From an uncultured Actinomycetes bacterium (GTDB lineage Bacteria; Actinomycetota; CADDZG01; WHSQ01): a stretch of 64,000 bases of DNA. The stretch is taken from assembly GCA_963826105.1 (NCBI GenBank), contig CAWGWA010000011.1, positions 67,823-131,822 on the forward strand. The letters run 5' to 3'. The notes below the pieces were generated by a model. That model saw only the letters and a program-made list of their open reading frames with translations. It was not told where the DNA came from and ran no database searches. The position numbers and the translations under genes are program-made. Of the stretch, positions 46,598 through 56,938 are shown piece after piece (position 1 is the first letter of the stretch; each line of letters begins with the position of its first letter).

Positions 46598-47946
46598 AGG
46601 TGCCCTCGCCTGTTGTCGACAACGATCCGGTTTCAGTTACTTCCGATCCACGCGGTGCAACCAGGAGATACAAGCCCTCGGCGGCGGTCACCACGATCCT
46701 CTCCCCCTCCGCAAGTGGATCCCCGGTCACCGAGCGTGCGCTCCACTCCTCTCCTGCGACCTGGACGACGCCCAGCGGATCGATCGCCTTCTTGACCACG
46801 CCCTTCTGTCCGGTGACCCGATCCTGAGCCATCTTGGACGGGACGTTACGCTGCCGCAACGCGGTCGGGATGACGAGCGCGAAGAACAACGCGCTGACCC
46901 CAGCAACCGGGATGATCGCGGCCCACGAAACGCTCGCACCTGGTGTCGCGGGATCGAACAAGAGCAGGCCCCCGGCGATGAGTGCGATCACTCCACCGGC
47001 GGCGGGCAGACCGGTGCCCGGTGTATTGAGCTCGATGATGAAGAAAACGACCGAGACCAGCAGCAGCGCGATGCCCGCACCTTGCACCGGGAGCATCCCG
47101 AATCCGGCCAGCGCCGCTATCAGACAGAGCACGCCTGCGATGCCTGGGACCGTGACCCCTGGATTGGTGATCTCGACGAACAGAAGGATCAGTCCGGCCC
47201 AGAACAAGATAAACGACAGGTTGGAAGTGAACAGGCTGTGCAGGAACCTCGAGGCGAGGCCCATATCCCGCTCGAGTGATCGAGGCGTCCGCCGAGGCAA
47301 TAGTGACTTCCCCACTCGGCGTCTCGACAGTCGTGCCGTCGACCTCGTCCAGAAGACTCGCCTTGTTCGGCGCGATCAGATCGATCACTCCCAGCTCGAG
47401 AGCCTCCTCGGCCGAAACGCTCTCCGCTCGGCGCACCGCGCCCTCGACCCAATCCGGATTGCGATCCCGCTGCTCGGCCAAGCCCCTGATGTACGCGACC
47501 GCGTCGTTCACCACCTTCTCGCGCTCGATCACGCCCGAGACACCGACCGGGTGCGCCGCACCTACGTTCGTTCCCGGCGCCATGGCTGCGACGTGACAAG
47601 CGGTAAGGATGAACGTACCGGCCGAGGCCGCGCGCGCTCCTTGCGGCGAGACATAGCAGATGACGGGCTGCTCGGAGTTGAGGATCGACTGGATGATGTC
47701 CCGCATCGACGAATCGAGGCCTCCTGGAGTATCGATATTTATCAGGATCGCGGCTCCTTCGGCGTTGGCCGCCTCGATGCCCGAGGTCACGTACGAAGCG
47801 ATCAGCGGGTCGACGACGCCATCGAGATTAAGTTCGATCATCGGGGGCCCATGCTCGGACGCGAGTGCCGGTCCCGAGAAGGCACCGAGGGCAAGGAGCA
47901 ACACGAGAGACGCACGAAGCTTCACCGCCCCATCATGCACCCCCAC
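46596..47946 (-). pseudogene. NfeD-family membrane-bound ClpP-class serine protease, frameshifted
   Basis: The protease domain (LINIDTPGGLDSS...SAGTFILTACHVAAMAPGT) is in one frame. The TM region plus the NfeD OB-fold C-terminus (GQKGVVKKAIDPLGVVQVAGEEWSARS) is in another, with the switch near 47277. Lies upstream of the stomatin gene, as in classical nfeD-stomatin operons. Confidence 0.8.
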
Positions 47947-47991
47947 GAACCCCTATTCCACAGGCTGGACCCTTAACGTAGGCTTCGTCTC

Positions 47992-49950
47992 GTGAAACCT
48001 TGGGGGGCTCGATCCGTAACTCGACGCGCACACGGTCGCGTGCCGACCGCGACCGCTCTGGTGTTGTTGGCGGCCATCTTGGGAGCATCTCTGGCCTCTG
48101 CTGCACCGAGACCCATCGATGAGCGCGGCCGGATACCTATCAAGGACATCCCCGACTGTCCCAAGATCGAGGATGCGAAATGCGGCTTCGTCACCGTGCT
48201 CGTCGATCCCAGCGACCCGCTCCTCGGGACTATGGAGATCGGCTACGAGCTTCATCCCCGAACGGACCGATCGAAGCCATCGCTCGGCACGATCGTGGCC
48301 GTGGAGGGCGGACCCGGCTACTCGACGACCGCCAGCCGTAGCTATTTCAAGGACATGCTCGGACCGCTGCTGAAACGTAAGCGCCTGCTACTAGTGGACA
48401 ACCGAGGGACCGGGCGCTCCGGTGCCATCCTCTGCCAGCCCCTGCAGTCCTACGAGGGCGACTACGTCAAGGCGGTCGGCAAGTGCGGCCGCCAACTGGG
48501 CGAGGCTTCGGATATCTACGGCTCGGCATTGGCTGCCGACGACCTCGCCGCGGTTCTGGATGAACTCGAGATCGACGAGGTCGACCTCTACGGCGACTCC
48601 TACGGAACCTTTTTCTCGCAGGCCTTCGCTGTCGCGCACCCCGATCGCCTACGGTCACTGGTTCTCGATGGCGCGTACTTCATCGGTGGAGTCGACCCCT
48701 TCTACATCGATACGAACAGGGCGATGGTGGATGCATTCCGATACATCTGCGAGAGGAGCCCCGTCTGCGTCGGGCGCAGTGAGACCACTAACGACACGAT
48801 CATCCAGATGACCGAACTGCTCCGCAAGAAGCCCATCACGGGACGCGCGCCAAACGCCGACGGCGAGATGGAAGAGGTCACGTTCGATGTCGGTGCGTTG
48901 ATCTACCTGACGACGGCCGCAGCAACGTCGCCAACCCTGTACCGCGAACTCGACGCCGCTATGAGGGCAGCGTTGCGCGCTCAGCCGTACAACCGACCTC
49001 TACTTCGCCTTGCACGCGAGACCTTCTACGTCGGAGGAGCGGGGCAGGTTAGGGAGTACTCAGAAGGTCTCTACGTCGCGGTCGCGTGTAACGACTATCC
49101 CCTCCCGTTCGATCGGATGTCACCAGTGGCGGAGCGTCCCGCGCAGTACAAGGCGTCCCGTGACCAACTGCGCAACGATGCTCCCTACTCGTTCGCACCG
49201 TTCACGATCCACGAGTGGGTGACGGCGCCGGTCGAGTACTTCGACACCTGTCTGAAATGGCCGGTGCCGAGCAACTACGTCCCGCCGATCCCAGACGGTG
49301 CCACCTACCCGGATGTTCCCACCCTCGTGCTGAACGGCGACCTCGATTCCTTGACCTCGCCGGAGGGAGGCATCGCAACCGCCAACGCGTTCCCGAATTC
49401 CACCTACGTCGAGGTCGCTAACGCGACTCACGTAACCGCGATCGGTGACTTCGATAGGTGCGCGTCGCTGATCGTGCGGCGATTCATGCGCAACCTCGAT
49501 GCCGGCGACACGAGCTGCGCTTCCAAGTACAACGAGATCAGGCTCGTCGAACGTTTCGGCAAGAAGGCAGGGTCGCTCGAGTGGGGCACCCCCAAGCAAA
49601 CGACTGCCCGGGTCGCTGCAGCCACCGTCGCCGATGTGATCGCTCGATGGTGGAGCATGGGCGGGTTCAAGGGCGTCGGTCTCCGAGGCGGAACGTTCCA
49701 GACCGCCGGGAACGATCATGTCTCCTTCGATCTCGACGCGGTGCGGTGGGTAGATGACGTCGCGGTCTCCGGGTCGGTGACCTGGAACCGAACGACCGGA
49801 GCGATCGACGCGGCGGTCAAGATCACCGGCAAAGGAGCCGTTGCCGGAACCCTCGCCCTGAGTTGGAATGACTGGCACCAGATCGCGCTGGCCACCGCCG
49901 GCGGCACCCTCGGCGGCGATCCGTTCGGCGCGAATTTCCCCGCCCCCTAG
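47992..49950 (+). CDS. secreted alpha/beta hydrolase (tripeptidyl-aminopeptidase / S33-like)
   Basis: Signal peptide, then VEGGPGYS, LVDNRGTGRSG and the nucleophile elbow LYGDSYGT. A long C-terminal extension follows. Confidence 0.75.
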   Translation: MKPWGARSVTRRAHGRVPTATALVLLAAILGASLASAAPRPIDERGRIPIKDIPDCPKIEDAKCGFVTVLVDPSDPLLGTMEIGYELHPRTDRSKPSLGTIVAVEGGPGYSTTASRSYFKDMLGPLLKRKRLLLVDNRGTGRSGAILCQPLQSYEGDYVKAVGKCGRQLGEASDIYGSALAADDLAAVLDELEIDEVDLYGDSYGTFFSQAFAVAHPDRLRSLVLDGAYFIGGVDPFYIDTNRAMVDAFRYICERSPVCVGRSETTNDTIIQMTELLRKKPITGRAPNADGEMEEVTFDVGALIYLTTAAATSPTLYRELDAAMRAALRAQPYNRPLLRLARETFYVGGAGQVREYSEGLYVAVACNDYPLPFDRMSPVAERPAQYKASRDQLRNDAPYSFAPFTIHEWVTAPVEYFDTCLKWPVPSNYVPPIPDGATYPDVPTLVLNGDLDSLTSPEGGIATANAFPNSTYVEVANATHVTAIGDFDRCASLIVRRFMRNLDAGDTSCASKYNEIRLVERFGKKAGSLEWGTPKQTTARVAAATVADVIARWWSMGGFKGVGLRGGTFQTAGNDHVSFDLDAVRWVDDVAVSGSVTWNRTTGAIDAAVKITGKGAVAGTLALSWNDWHQIALATAGGTLGGDPFGANFPAP

Positions 49951-50004
49951 AAACCGGTGGCGCGCGCCACAGCTTGAACGCTCGACCCTCTCTACCTTCG
50001 GTTC

Positions 50005-50436
50005 ATGGATACCGATAGGGACGACCTCATCGCGAAACTGAACGCCGTCAAACCAAAGCTCGAACAGATCCTTCGCAGTCAGGGAGCGCACGAACCGGAC
50101 TGGGAACCGCTCGAGAAGGCGCTCCCGTTCGAATCGTGCGGTGGCTTCATGTTCATGGGTTACTCGGGAGTCATCCGGATGTACAAACACGGCCTCACAC
50201 GCAGATACTTGAATCTGGACCCCGAAGGGAACTCATACCGTTACGACTGGAAGGACCATCGCTACATCCCCCAATCCCTCAGCGACGCGCTCGATGTCGC
50301 CTTCGAAGGGATCGAAGCGATGGGCTACACGCGCGAGACGCCGTACACGGATGACGTGCGAGCGGAACGAGTCAAGGCGCTTGCCGACGCGGGGTGGACG
50401 ACCGTGACGGTGAGCCCCGAAGTGGACGAATCCTAG
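50005..50436 (+). CDS. hypothetical protein
   Basis: 143-aa ORF with coding-like composition. No family recognised. Its stop overlaps the ferrochelatase stop on the other strand. Confidence 0.45.
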   Translation: MDTDRDDLIAKLNAVKPKLEQILRSQGAHEPDWEPLEKALPFESCGGFMFMGYSGVIRMYKHGLTRRYLNLDPEGNSYRYDWKDHRYIPQSLSDALDVAFEGIEAMGYTRETPYTDDVRAERVKALADAGWTTVTVSPEVDES

Positions 50437-51496
50437 AGCTCTGCCAATGCCGGCTTGAGCTTCGGTCCGGGGCAACAGTCCCGGGCACAGATGTCATGGC
50501 TCGGAGGAAGTATCCCGACACACGCTCGCTCCGGACGATCGCTCATACGTTCGCGGATCAAGCCCAACGATCATCTCGATGTACGCGGGGTGGATACCGA
50601 CCGTTTCGGAGCGGACCATGTTCAGCCCCACGCTTACTGCGGTTCTTGCCGCCTCGACGTCCAGGTCGAACAGGATCTCGATGTGATCGGACACGAATCC
50701 GACTGGGACCACTACGACATCGGAGACCCCGTCGGCCGACAACTTCTCGAGATGCTCCGAGATATCCGGCTCGAGCCATGGGATGCGAGGGGAGCCTGAT
50801 CGAGACTGGAAAACCAACTCCCACGCGTGTCCGCCGGTGGCTTCATCCACTAGCCTGCTGGTCTCGCGGAGCTGGGCGACGTAACTCGAAGTAGCTGCCA
50901 TCGATGCGGGGATCGAGTGTGCAGCGAAAGCAAGATGGGCATCAGCACGCCGTTCAGCCGGGATCTCCATGAGAGCCACGGTTACCTTCTCGGCGAGGGG
51001 TTCGACGAAGCCCGGGTGATTGAAGAAGACCCGCAGTTTGTCGATCGCCGGAGCACCTGTAACCGCAGCGCTCGCCGCCGACAAGTCTTCGCGGTACTGC
51101 CGGCAGCCGGAGTAGGACGAGAATGCTGACGACACAAAACAGATAGCGCGCCCGACCCCGTCGTTTGCCATCCGCTGCAGCGCATCGGTCACGTACGGCT
51201 TCCAATTGCGGTTCCCCCAATAGACCGGCAGATCGAGGTCCGCAGCAGCGAGGGCCTCTTCCAGGGCCCCGATGACCGCACGGTTCTGGGCATTGATCGG
51301 GCTGACCCCACCGAAGGCCAGGTAGTGCTCGGCGACCTGGGCGAGGCGTTCCTCGGAGATCCCCCGGCCCCGGGTCACGTTCTCGAGGAAAGGCATCACA
51401 TCCCCGGGGCCCTCGGGGCCGCCGAAGGAGAGGTAGAGAACGGCGTCGTAGGACCTCGCCGGGTCATCGAACGCCCCGTGGGGACTGCGTAGTCAT
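50433..51496 (-). pseudogene. hemH: ferrochelatase (coproporphyrin type, with C-terminal Cys cluster), two frameshifts
   Basis: The core ORF 50494..51399 carries VMPFLENVTRGRGI...SYSGCRQY...FAAHSIP...PVGFVSDHIEILFDLD. The 5' end (ATG 51496, MTTQSPRG) is one base out of frame near 51470. The Cys-rich tail (IRERMSDRPERACVGILPPSHDICARDCCPGPKLKPALAEL*) is in another frame from about 50560. Confidence 0.85.
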
Positions 51497-51742
51497 GAGG
51501 GAAGCATAAGAGCGCCTGGGGACGCCCGATCCGAGCCTGGACCAGGGTTCAAGGAGGGGGCCCAAAGTGCCGAATCGTAACGAATACCCACCTGGGCCCC
51601 CCGCCCTCGAGATGGAGGACCGGAACTGAAGACCGCACCAGCAGTTGCCTCCACGGCACCGGCACGGGTCGTCGCCTGGATCCGACGCGTCGCGCCCGAG
51701 GGCAACTACCTGACCGAAACGAGCTGGCGCAGCCGTCATGCC

Positions 51743-53980
51743 GTGATCGTTGGGATCCTCTGGGTCCACGTGATGGTCCTTCCCCTTTTCGGGGCCGCCA
51801 ATGGACGAGGTCTCCTGCATTCCACGCTCGAAAGCATCGTCGTAGCAGCGTTCGCTGTCGGAGCGAGCATGAGAAGTGTCTCCAACTCCGGGCGGTCGGT
51901 GCTCGCCACGCTCGGGTTGACCACGTCGTCGGCACTCTTGACTCACTTCTCCGGGGGCCTCATCGAGATGCACTTCCACTTCTTCGTGGTAGTCGCGATC
52001 GTCACGCTCTACCAATCGTGGCTCCCCTTCGTCTGCGCGATCGGATTCGTCCTCATCCATCACGGAGTCGCAGGGGCCATCGAACCTGGCGGCGTCTACA
52101 ACCACCCCGACGCGATCCTCCATCCTTGGAAGTGGGCATCCATCCACGCACTGTTCATCGCCGGAGAGAGCCTCGCCTGCGTCGCAGCATGGCGCCTGAA
52201 CGAAGACGCACTGGACCGCGAGAGGTCGGCCCGAGGTGCGCTCGAGAAGGCCAACAACGATCTTGCCGAAGCCCAGGAGATAGCGCGCATCGGCAGCTGG
52301 GAATGGGATCTCGAAGCGGGCTCCGTTTGGTGGTCGGAAGAGCTGCATCGGATCTTCGGAATACCACCCGACTCGTCGACCGGGGGAAGGGGATCGTTCC
52401 TCGAGCTGCTTCATCCCGAGGATGCTCCGGGCTTCACGGTCCTAGTCGGGCAGGTCAAAAGGGGTGCCCTCTCGCGTCTCGAAACGGAATGTCGGATCGT
52501 CCGTCCCGACGAAGAGATCCGCGTGGTTCGCATCATCGGATCTGCGACCCTCGAGTCGCCCGGCAAGGGACGAGTCGTGGGCACGTGCCAGGACATCACC
52601 GAGCAAAAGCAGCTAGAGCAAGAGATCGAGTACAAAGCGTTCCACGACCCGCTCACCGACCTCGCCAACCGTGGACTGTTCCGCGATCGCCTCGTGGATG
52701 CCCTGAATCTCCCTCACCCGGTATCGGTCATCTTCATGGACCTCGACGATTTCAAGTCGGTCAACGACACCCTTGGGCACATCGTCGGAGACGAGCTGCT
52801 GGTGAAGATCGCGCGGGTGCTCGAATCCTTGGTCCGACCCACCGACCTGGTCGCACGCTTCGGGGGTGACGAATTCGCCATCCTGGTCGACGACGGGACC
52901 TCCGCTGCCGATGTCGCAGAGCGGATCTACCAGGCGCTCGAGGCTCCCATGATCCTGGAATCGGTCGAGGTCGTGACCGGCGTGAGCATGGGAGTCGCAA
53001 CCGCCGAGGGCACGCACACCGCCGATGAACTGCTTCGGGATGCCGACATCGCCATGTACACGGTCAAGGCCAGCGGCGAGAGCGGCTTTGCTGTCTGCAG
53101 CTCCGAGATGCGTTCGACAGCGATCAGACGCCTCGAGCTGAAGACCGAACTGAAGCGCGCTCTCGAGAACGAAGAGTTCGCCGTCCACTACCAGCCGATC
53201 GTGTCGCTCGTAACCCAGGAGATGGTCGGTCTCGAAGCCCTGGTCCGTTGGAACCACCCTCAGCGAGGTCTGGTCCCTCCCATCGATTTCATCCCGCTCG
53301 CAGAGGAGTCTGGCGCCATCGTCCCCCTCGGTTCGTGGGTCCTCCACGAGGCAGCTCGAGAGACCAAGGCGATCCAGGAGCAGATGGGTCGCTCGTACTC
53401 GATCAGCGTGAACCTTTCGGCTCGTCAACTGCATGAGGTCGACCTTCTGGACACCGTCCACTCCGCGCTCCAGAGCTCCGGTCTGAGCGCCGAGGACCTC
53501 GTTCTCGAGATCACCGAGACATTCCTGATGGGGAGCCCGGAGTCGAGCATCCGCACCCTCGACGGCCTGCGGGAGCTCGGAGTGAGGATCGCTGTCGATG
53601 ACTTCGGGACGGGGTACTCATCGCTCAGCTATCTCCACCGATTCCCGATCGACGTCCTCAAGATCGACAGGGCCTTCGTTGCGGGAGTGGCGGAGAGTCC
53701 TGAGAAGACCGCTCTGGCGCAGGCCGTCGTCAAGCTGGCGACCGCCCTGGAGCTAAGGACCGTGGCCGAAGGGATCGAAACACCCGATCAACTGGTTGCT
53801 CTGGAGGCACTTGGCTGCCTGAACGGACAGGGTTACCTCTTCTCTGAGCCCCTGCCGATGACGGAGCTCCAGACCTGGATCCTCGGTCGCGCTCCGAGGG
53901 GCGTGGCCCGGGTCAACGACGCGCGACTGACCCCGGGACCATCGGGGATCAAGAGCACGAATAACCGCCTCTCACTCTGA
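51743..53980 (+). CDS. membrane sensor with PAS, GGDEF and EAL domains (c-di-GMP turnover)
   Basis: N-terminal TM region, then PAS (IGSWEWDLEAGSVWWSEEL), GGDEF (DPLTDLANRGLF...ARFGGDEFAILV) and EAL (EEFAVHYQPIV...EALVRWNHP...DDFGTGYSSLSYL...KIDRAF). Confidence 0.9.
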   Translation: MIVGILWVHVMVLPLFGAANGRGLLHSTLESIVVAAFAVGASMRSVSNSGRSVLATLGLTTSSALLTHFSGGLIEMHFHFFVVVAIVTLYQSWLPFVCAIGFVLIHHGVAGAIEPGGVYNHPDAILHPWKWASIHALFIAGESLACVAAWRLNEDALDRERSARGALEKANNDLAEAQEIARIGSWEWDLEAGSVWWSEELHRIFGIPPDSSTGGRGSFLELLHPEDAPGFTVLVGQVKRGALSRLETECRIVRPDEEIRVVRIIGSATLESPGKGRVVGTCQDITEQKQLEQEIEYKAFHDPLTDLANRGLFRDRLVDALNLPHPVSVIFMDLDDFKSVNDTLGHIVGDELLVKIARVLESLVRPTDLVARFGGDEFAILVDDGTSAADVAERIYQALEAPMILESVEVVTGVSMGVATAEGTHTADELLRDADIAMYTVKASGESGFAVCSSEMRSTAIRRLELKTELKRALENEEFAVHYQPIVSLVTQEMVGLEALVRWNHPQRGLVPPIDFIPLAEESGAIVPLGSWVLHEAARETKAIQEQMGRSYSISVNLSARQLHEVDLLDTVHSALQSSGLSAEDLVLEITETFLMGSPESSIRTLDGLRELGVRIAVDDFGTGYSSLSYLHRFPIDVLKIDRAFVAGVAESPEKTALAQAVVKLATALELRTVAEGIETPDQLVALEALGCLNGQGYLFSEPLPMTELQTWILGRAPRGVARVNDARLTPGPSGIKSTNNRLSL

Positions 53981-54062
53981 GCACGGGGAGGAACCTGGTC
54001 CTCCACGACGAATAAGCTGGGCACGACCCATACCCAGAGGACTTCGACCAGGGGGGCCCAGA

Positions 54063-55736
54063 GTGAGCCGTTCATCCACGACCCGTCTTCTCGCAATCGT
54101 CCTGCTGCTGGGGCTCGTCGCCGTACCTGGGATGGCGGGAGCACATGCCGAGCGGGAGGCGTTCTTCCCCGACGGGACTGGGACCGTTCCTCACTACCGC
54201 CCGATGATCGCCGATCGGCATCTCGTGGTCTGCCGCCCCGAGAGCGAGCGGAGGATCGAGAAGATCGAGAACGACCGGCTCCGCAAGGACAACAAGGAGC
54301 TGCTGAAGGAATGTCGTTTCCGGAACATCCAGGACGCGGTCAACGCGGTCAAACGCAAGAACACGACTATCTACATGCTTCCCGGCGTCTACGAAGAGAA
54401 GCCGAATCGCAATCAGCCGAAGTGCGGGCACAAGTACGCGCATTCGGGTGAGGAGGAAGGGGCGCCGATCCTCTCCTACAAACAGCAGCTCCGCTGCAAG
54501 CACCACCAGAACCTGATCGGGATCTTCGGTGACGATAACCCTAAGGACGACGTTAGGGAGTGCAACGCGGTCGTTTGTGGCCTCCAGCTCGAAGGAACCG
54601 GCGAGACGACCGGTGACGTCCTCATCACCGGTGGATTCAACAAGAAGGGCAACTTCGCCAAGCTGAACGGGATCCGGGCGGATCGCGCCGACGGAGTCTT
54701 CTTCAAGAACTTCACGATCGAGCTATTCGAGTTCAATGCCCTCTACATCCTCGAGACCGATGGCTTCGTGATCGATGACGTGACGGCCCGCTACAACGAC
54801 GAGTACGGCTTCCTGACATTTGCCGTCGACCATGGGGTCTACAAGAACTGCAACGGCTACAACAATGGCGACTCCCTGATCTACCCGGGTTCCGCCTCCG
54901 ACGTGAACAATGGGAACGAGGACTACACGCAGACGGAGCGGTGGGCGATCGAGATCTACGGTTGCAAGAGCCACCACAACGCCTTGGGGTATTCGGGCAC
55001 AGCGGGCGATTCGGTCTACGTGCACGACAACGAGTTCTTCGCCAACCAGTCCGGCATGGTGACCGACTCGATCTTCCCCGGCCACCCGGGGCTACCCCAG
55101 AACCACGGGTGGTACACGGACAACCTCATCTACTCGAACAACACGAACTACACCGAAACCAACGTCCAGTCCGGTAAGTGCGATGTCCCGCCGGTCGAGC
55201 GCGGCTACAAGCCCGCCAAGGGTGAGCCGCGGACCTCGGGCATCGTTTGCCCGGTCGTCCCCGCGCCCGTGGGGGCCGGGATGGTGATCGCTGGCGGCAA
55301 CTGGAACCTCATCGAGACCAACCAGGTGTGGGACAACTGGAGGGCCGGCTTCATGCTCTTCACGGTGCCTGCCGCGATCCGCGAGGAAACCGACCCCGAG
55401 AAGGCGTACGACACCTCGCACTTCAACAGGTACTTCGGCAACTTCATGAGCCTCACACCTGGCGGTGAAGCCGACCTGAACGGCTACGACTTCTGGTGGG
55501 ACGACCAGGGTGAAGGCAACTGCTGGCAGGAGAACGACGCCCCCGAGGGCGGCGTGACGTCGAACACCTTGTATCCACTGGGCCTCCCGGACTGCGACAG
55601 CGGCGGGTCAGTGCTGCTGCCCGTCAACCCGGCGAAGAGCGCGTTGATCGCGGCGTGCGCAACCTACGATCGGAACGATGAGACGCTCAGAGATCCACCG
55701 GGTTGCGACTTCTTCGACACCCCTCCGGAGCCCTGA
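54063..55736 (+). CDS. secreted Cys-rich right-handed beta-helix repeat protein
   Basis: Signal peptide MSRSSTTRLLAIVLLLGLVAVPGMAGAHA. Repetitive Gly/Asn-rich beta-helix-like segments (GDVLITGG, FFKNFTI, NGDSLIYPGS, NLIYSNN, NLIETNQVWDN). Somewhat lower GC (about 55% in one 60-nt sample). Fold assignment is tentative. Confidence 0.45.
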   Translation: MSRSSTTRLLAIVLLLGLVAVPGMAGAHAEREAFFPDGTGTVPHYRPMIADRHLVVCRPESERRIEKIENDRLRKDNKELLKECRFRNIQDAVNAVKRKNTTIYMLPGVYEEKPNRNQPKCGHKYAHSGEEEGAPILSYKQQLRCKHHQNLIGIFGDDNPKDDVRECNAVVCGLQLEGTGETTGDVLITGGFNKKGNFAKLNGIRADRADGVFFKNFTIELFEFNALYILETDGFVIDDVTARYNDEYGFLTFAVDHGVYKNCNGYNNGDSLIYPGSASDVNNGNEDYTQTERWAIEIYGCKSHHNALGYSGTAGDSVYVHDNEFFANQSGMVTDSIFPGHPGLPQNHGWYTDNLIYSNNTNYTETNVQSGKCDVPPVERGYKPAKGEPRTSGIVCPVVPAPVGAGMVIAGGNWNLIETNQVWDNWRAGFMLFTVPAAIREETDPEKAYDTSHFNRYFGNFMSLTPGGEADLNGYDFWWDDQGEGNCWQENDAPEGGVTSNTLYPLGLPDCDSGGSVLLPVNPAKSALIAACATYDRNDETLRDPPGCDFFDTPPEP

Positions 55737-55764
55737 GCTCCGGATCCCTGATAAAACCGGTGGG

Positions 55765-56553
55765 ATGAAACTCATCTCCTACCCGGACGGCTTCGGTCGT
55801 CTCGAGGGCGACCGGCTGATCCCCATGGGACCGGATATCAACGAGTACCTCCGCTCGGGGGCATGGGAGGACGCGAGCCCCATCGCCGCCGAGTCGATCA
55901 CATGGCTGGCGCCCATCCCGTCGCCGGGCAAAGTGATCTGCATCGGCCTCAACTACCGCGACCACATCATCGAGACCAACGGCGTGGCTCCCACCGAACC
56001 GGTGCTCTTCCCCAAGTTCCAGAACTCCGTCATCGGACCGAAACAGCCCATCGTGATCCCCGACGCCGCCAAACAGGTGGACTACGAAGCAGAGCTTGGA
56101 GTGGTCATCGGAAAGCGGGCATCAGGTGTGTCGGCATCGAACGCTCTCGACCACGTTGCCGGATACACCTGCATGAACGATGTCAGCGCTCGCGACCTTC
56201 AGTTCTCCAACGGTGGGCAGTGGATGAGGGGTAAAGCCGTCGATACGTTTCTTCCGACGGGACCGTGGATGGTGACCGCAGATGAGATAGACGACCCACA
56301 GGCGCTCTCGATCCGATGTCTGGTCAACGGTGAGGTGATGCAGGACTCGAACACCTCCGAGATGGTCTTCGGAGTCGCCGAGTTGATCTCGTTCGTCAGT
56401 CAAACCCTTACGTTGGAGCCGGGTGACCTCATCTCCACGGGGACACCCGCGGGAGTTGGTTTCGTTCGCGAGCCGCCCGTGTTCCTTTCTCGTGGGGACG
56501 AGGTCTCGATCGAGATCGTCGGGATCGGGACACTGACCAACCAGGTCACCTAG
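55765..56553 (+). CDS. fumarylacetoacetate hydrolase (FAH) family protein
   Basis: I prefer ATG 55765 (MKLISY...). KVICIGLNYRDH...DYEAELGVVIGK...TCMNDVSARDLQ...ISTGTPAGVG. Confidence 0.85.
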   Translation: MKLISYPDGFGRLEGDRLIPMGPDINEYLRSGAWEDASPIAAESITWLAPIPSPGKVICIGLNYRDHIIETNGVAPTEPVLFPKFQNSVIGPKQPIVIPDAAKQVDYEAELGVVIGKRASGVSASNALDHVAGYTCMNDVSARDLQFSNGGQWMRGKAVDTFLPTGPWMVTADEIDDPQALSIRCLVNGEVMQDSNTSEMVFGVAELISFVSQTLTLEPGDLISTGTPAGVGFVREPPVFLSRGDEVSIEIVGIGTLTNQVT

Positions 56554-56873
56554 TCGACGATCAGCGAGGCCTCGTTCAGCGCATAGTCGACCCGGATGAC
56601 CTCGCAACCACGAGAGAACACCCACTCGCTGAATGACACGTGGGCCGGTTGTGCGTAATAGGCATCCAACGCTTCCTGGCTCTCGAAATCGGTCAGCAAC
56701 AGATACGTGTACCCCTCGTTGCGCCCGCTGGTGTCCTTTCCGAAGCGGAGACCCGTGAACCCAGGGATGGCGTCAGGCCACGCCTGGATCTGTTCCGCCA
56801 TCTCCCGTTCGTCTGCATCCGTCAATTCCTTGGCGAACTTGAACAGAACGACGTGCTGCGCTCGCTCACTCAC
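56550..56873 (-). CDS. Dabb (stress-responsive A/B barrel) family protein
   Basis: 107 aa. HVVLFKF...FESQEALDAYYAQPAHV is the typical Dabb pattern. Confidence 0.75.
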   Translation of the reverse strand: MSERAQHVVLFKFAKELTDADEREMAEQIQAWPDAIPGFTGLRFGKDTSGRNEGYTYLLLTDFESQEALDAYYAQPAHVSFSEWVFSRGCEVIRVDYALNEASLIVD

Positions 56874-56938
56874 AGATACCTCTCCTCTCGATCACTGGTA
56901 GAACCATATCGAGAGGTCACTTCACGGGGAGGGGGGTT

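Noticed and set aside
46267-46795. Plus-strand ORFs (46267..46599, 46415..46795) encoding repeated LRRGESLC...ITPRRIA peptides
   Set aside because: They are translation artefacts of the tandem repeat and of the antisense strand of the nfeD and stomatin genes.
53986-54003. GGAGGA-ACCTGG-TCCTCC hairpin after the GGDEF-EAL gene as a terminator
   Set aside because: The stem is short (6 bp) and has no U-tract. It may contribute to termination, but the evidence is too weak to list it as a feature.
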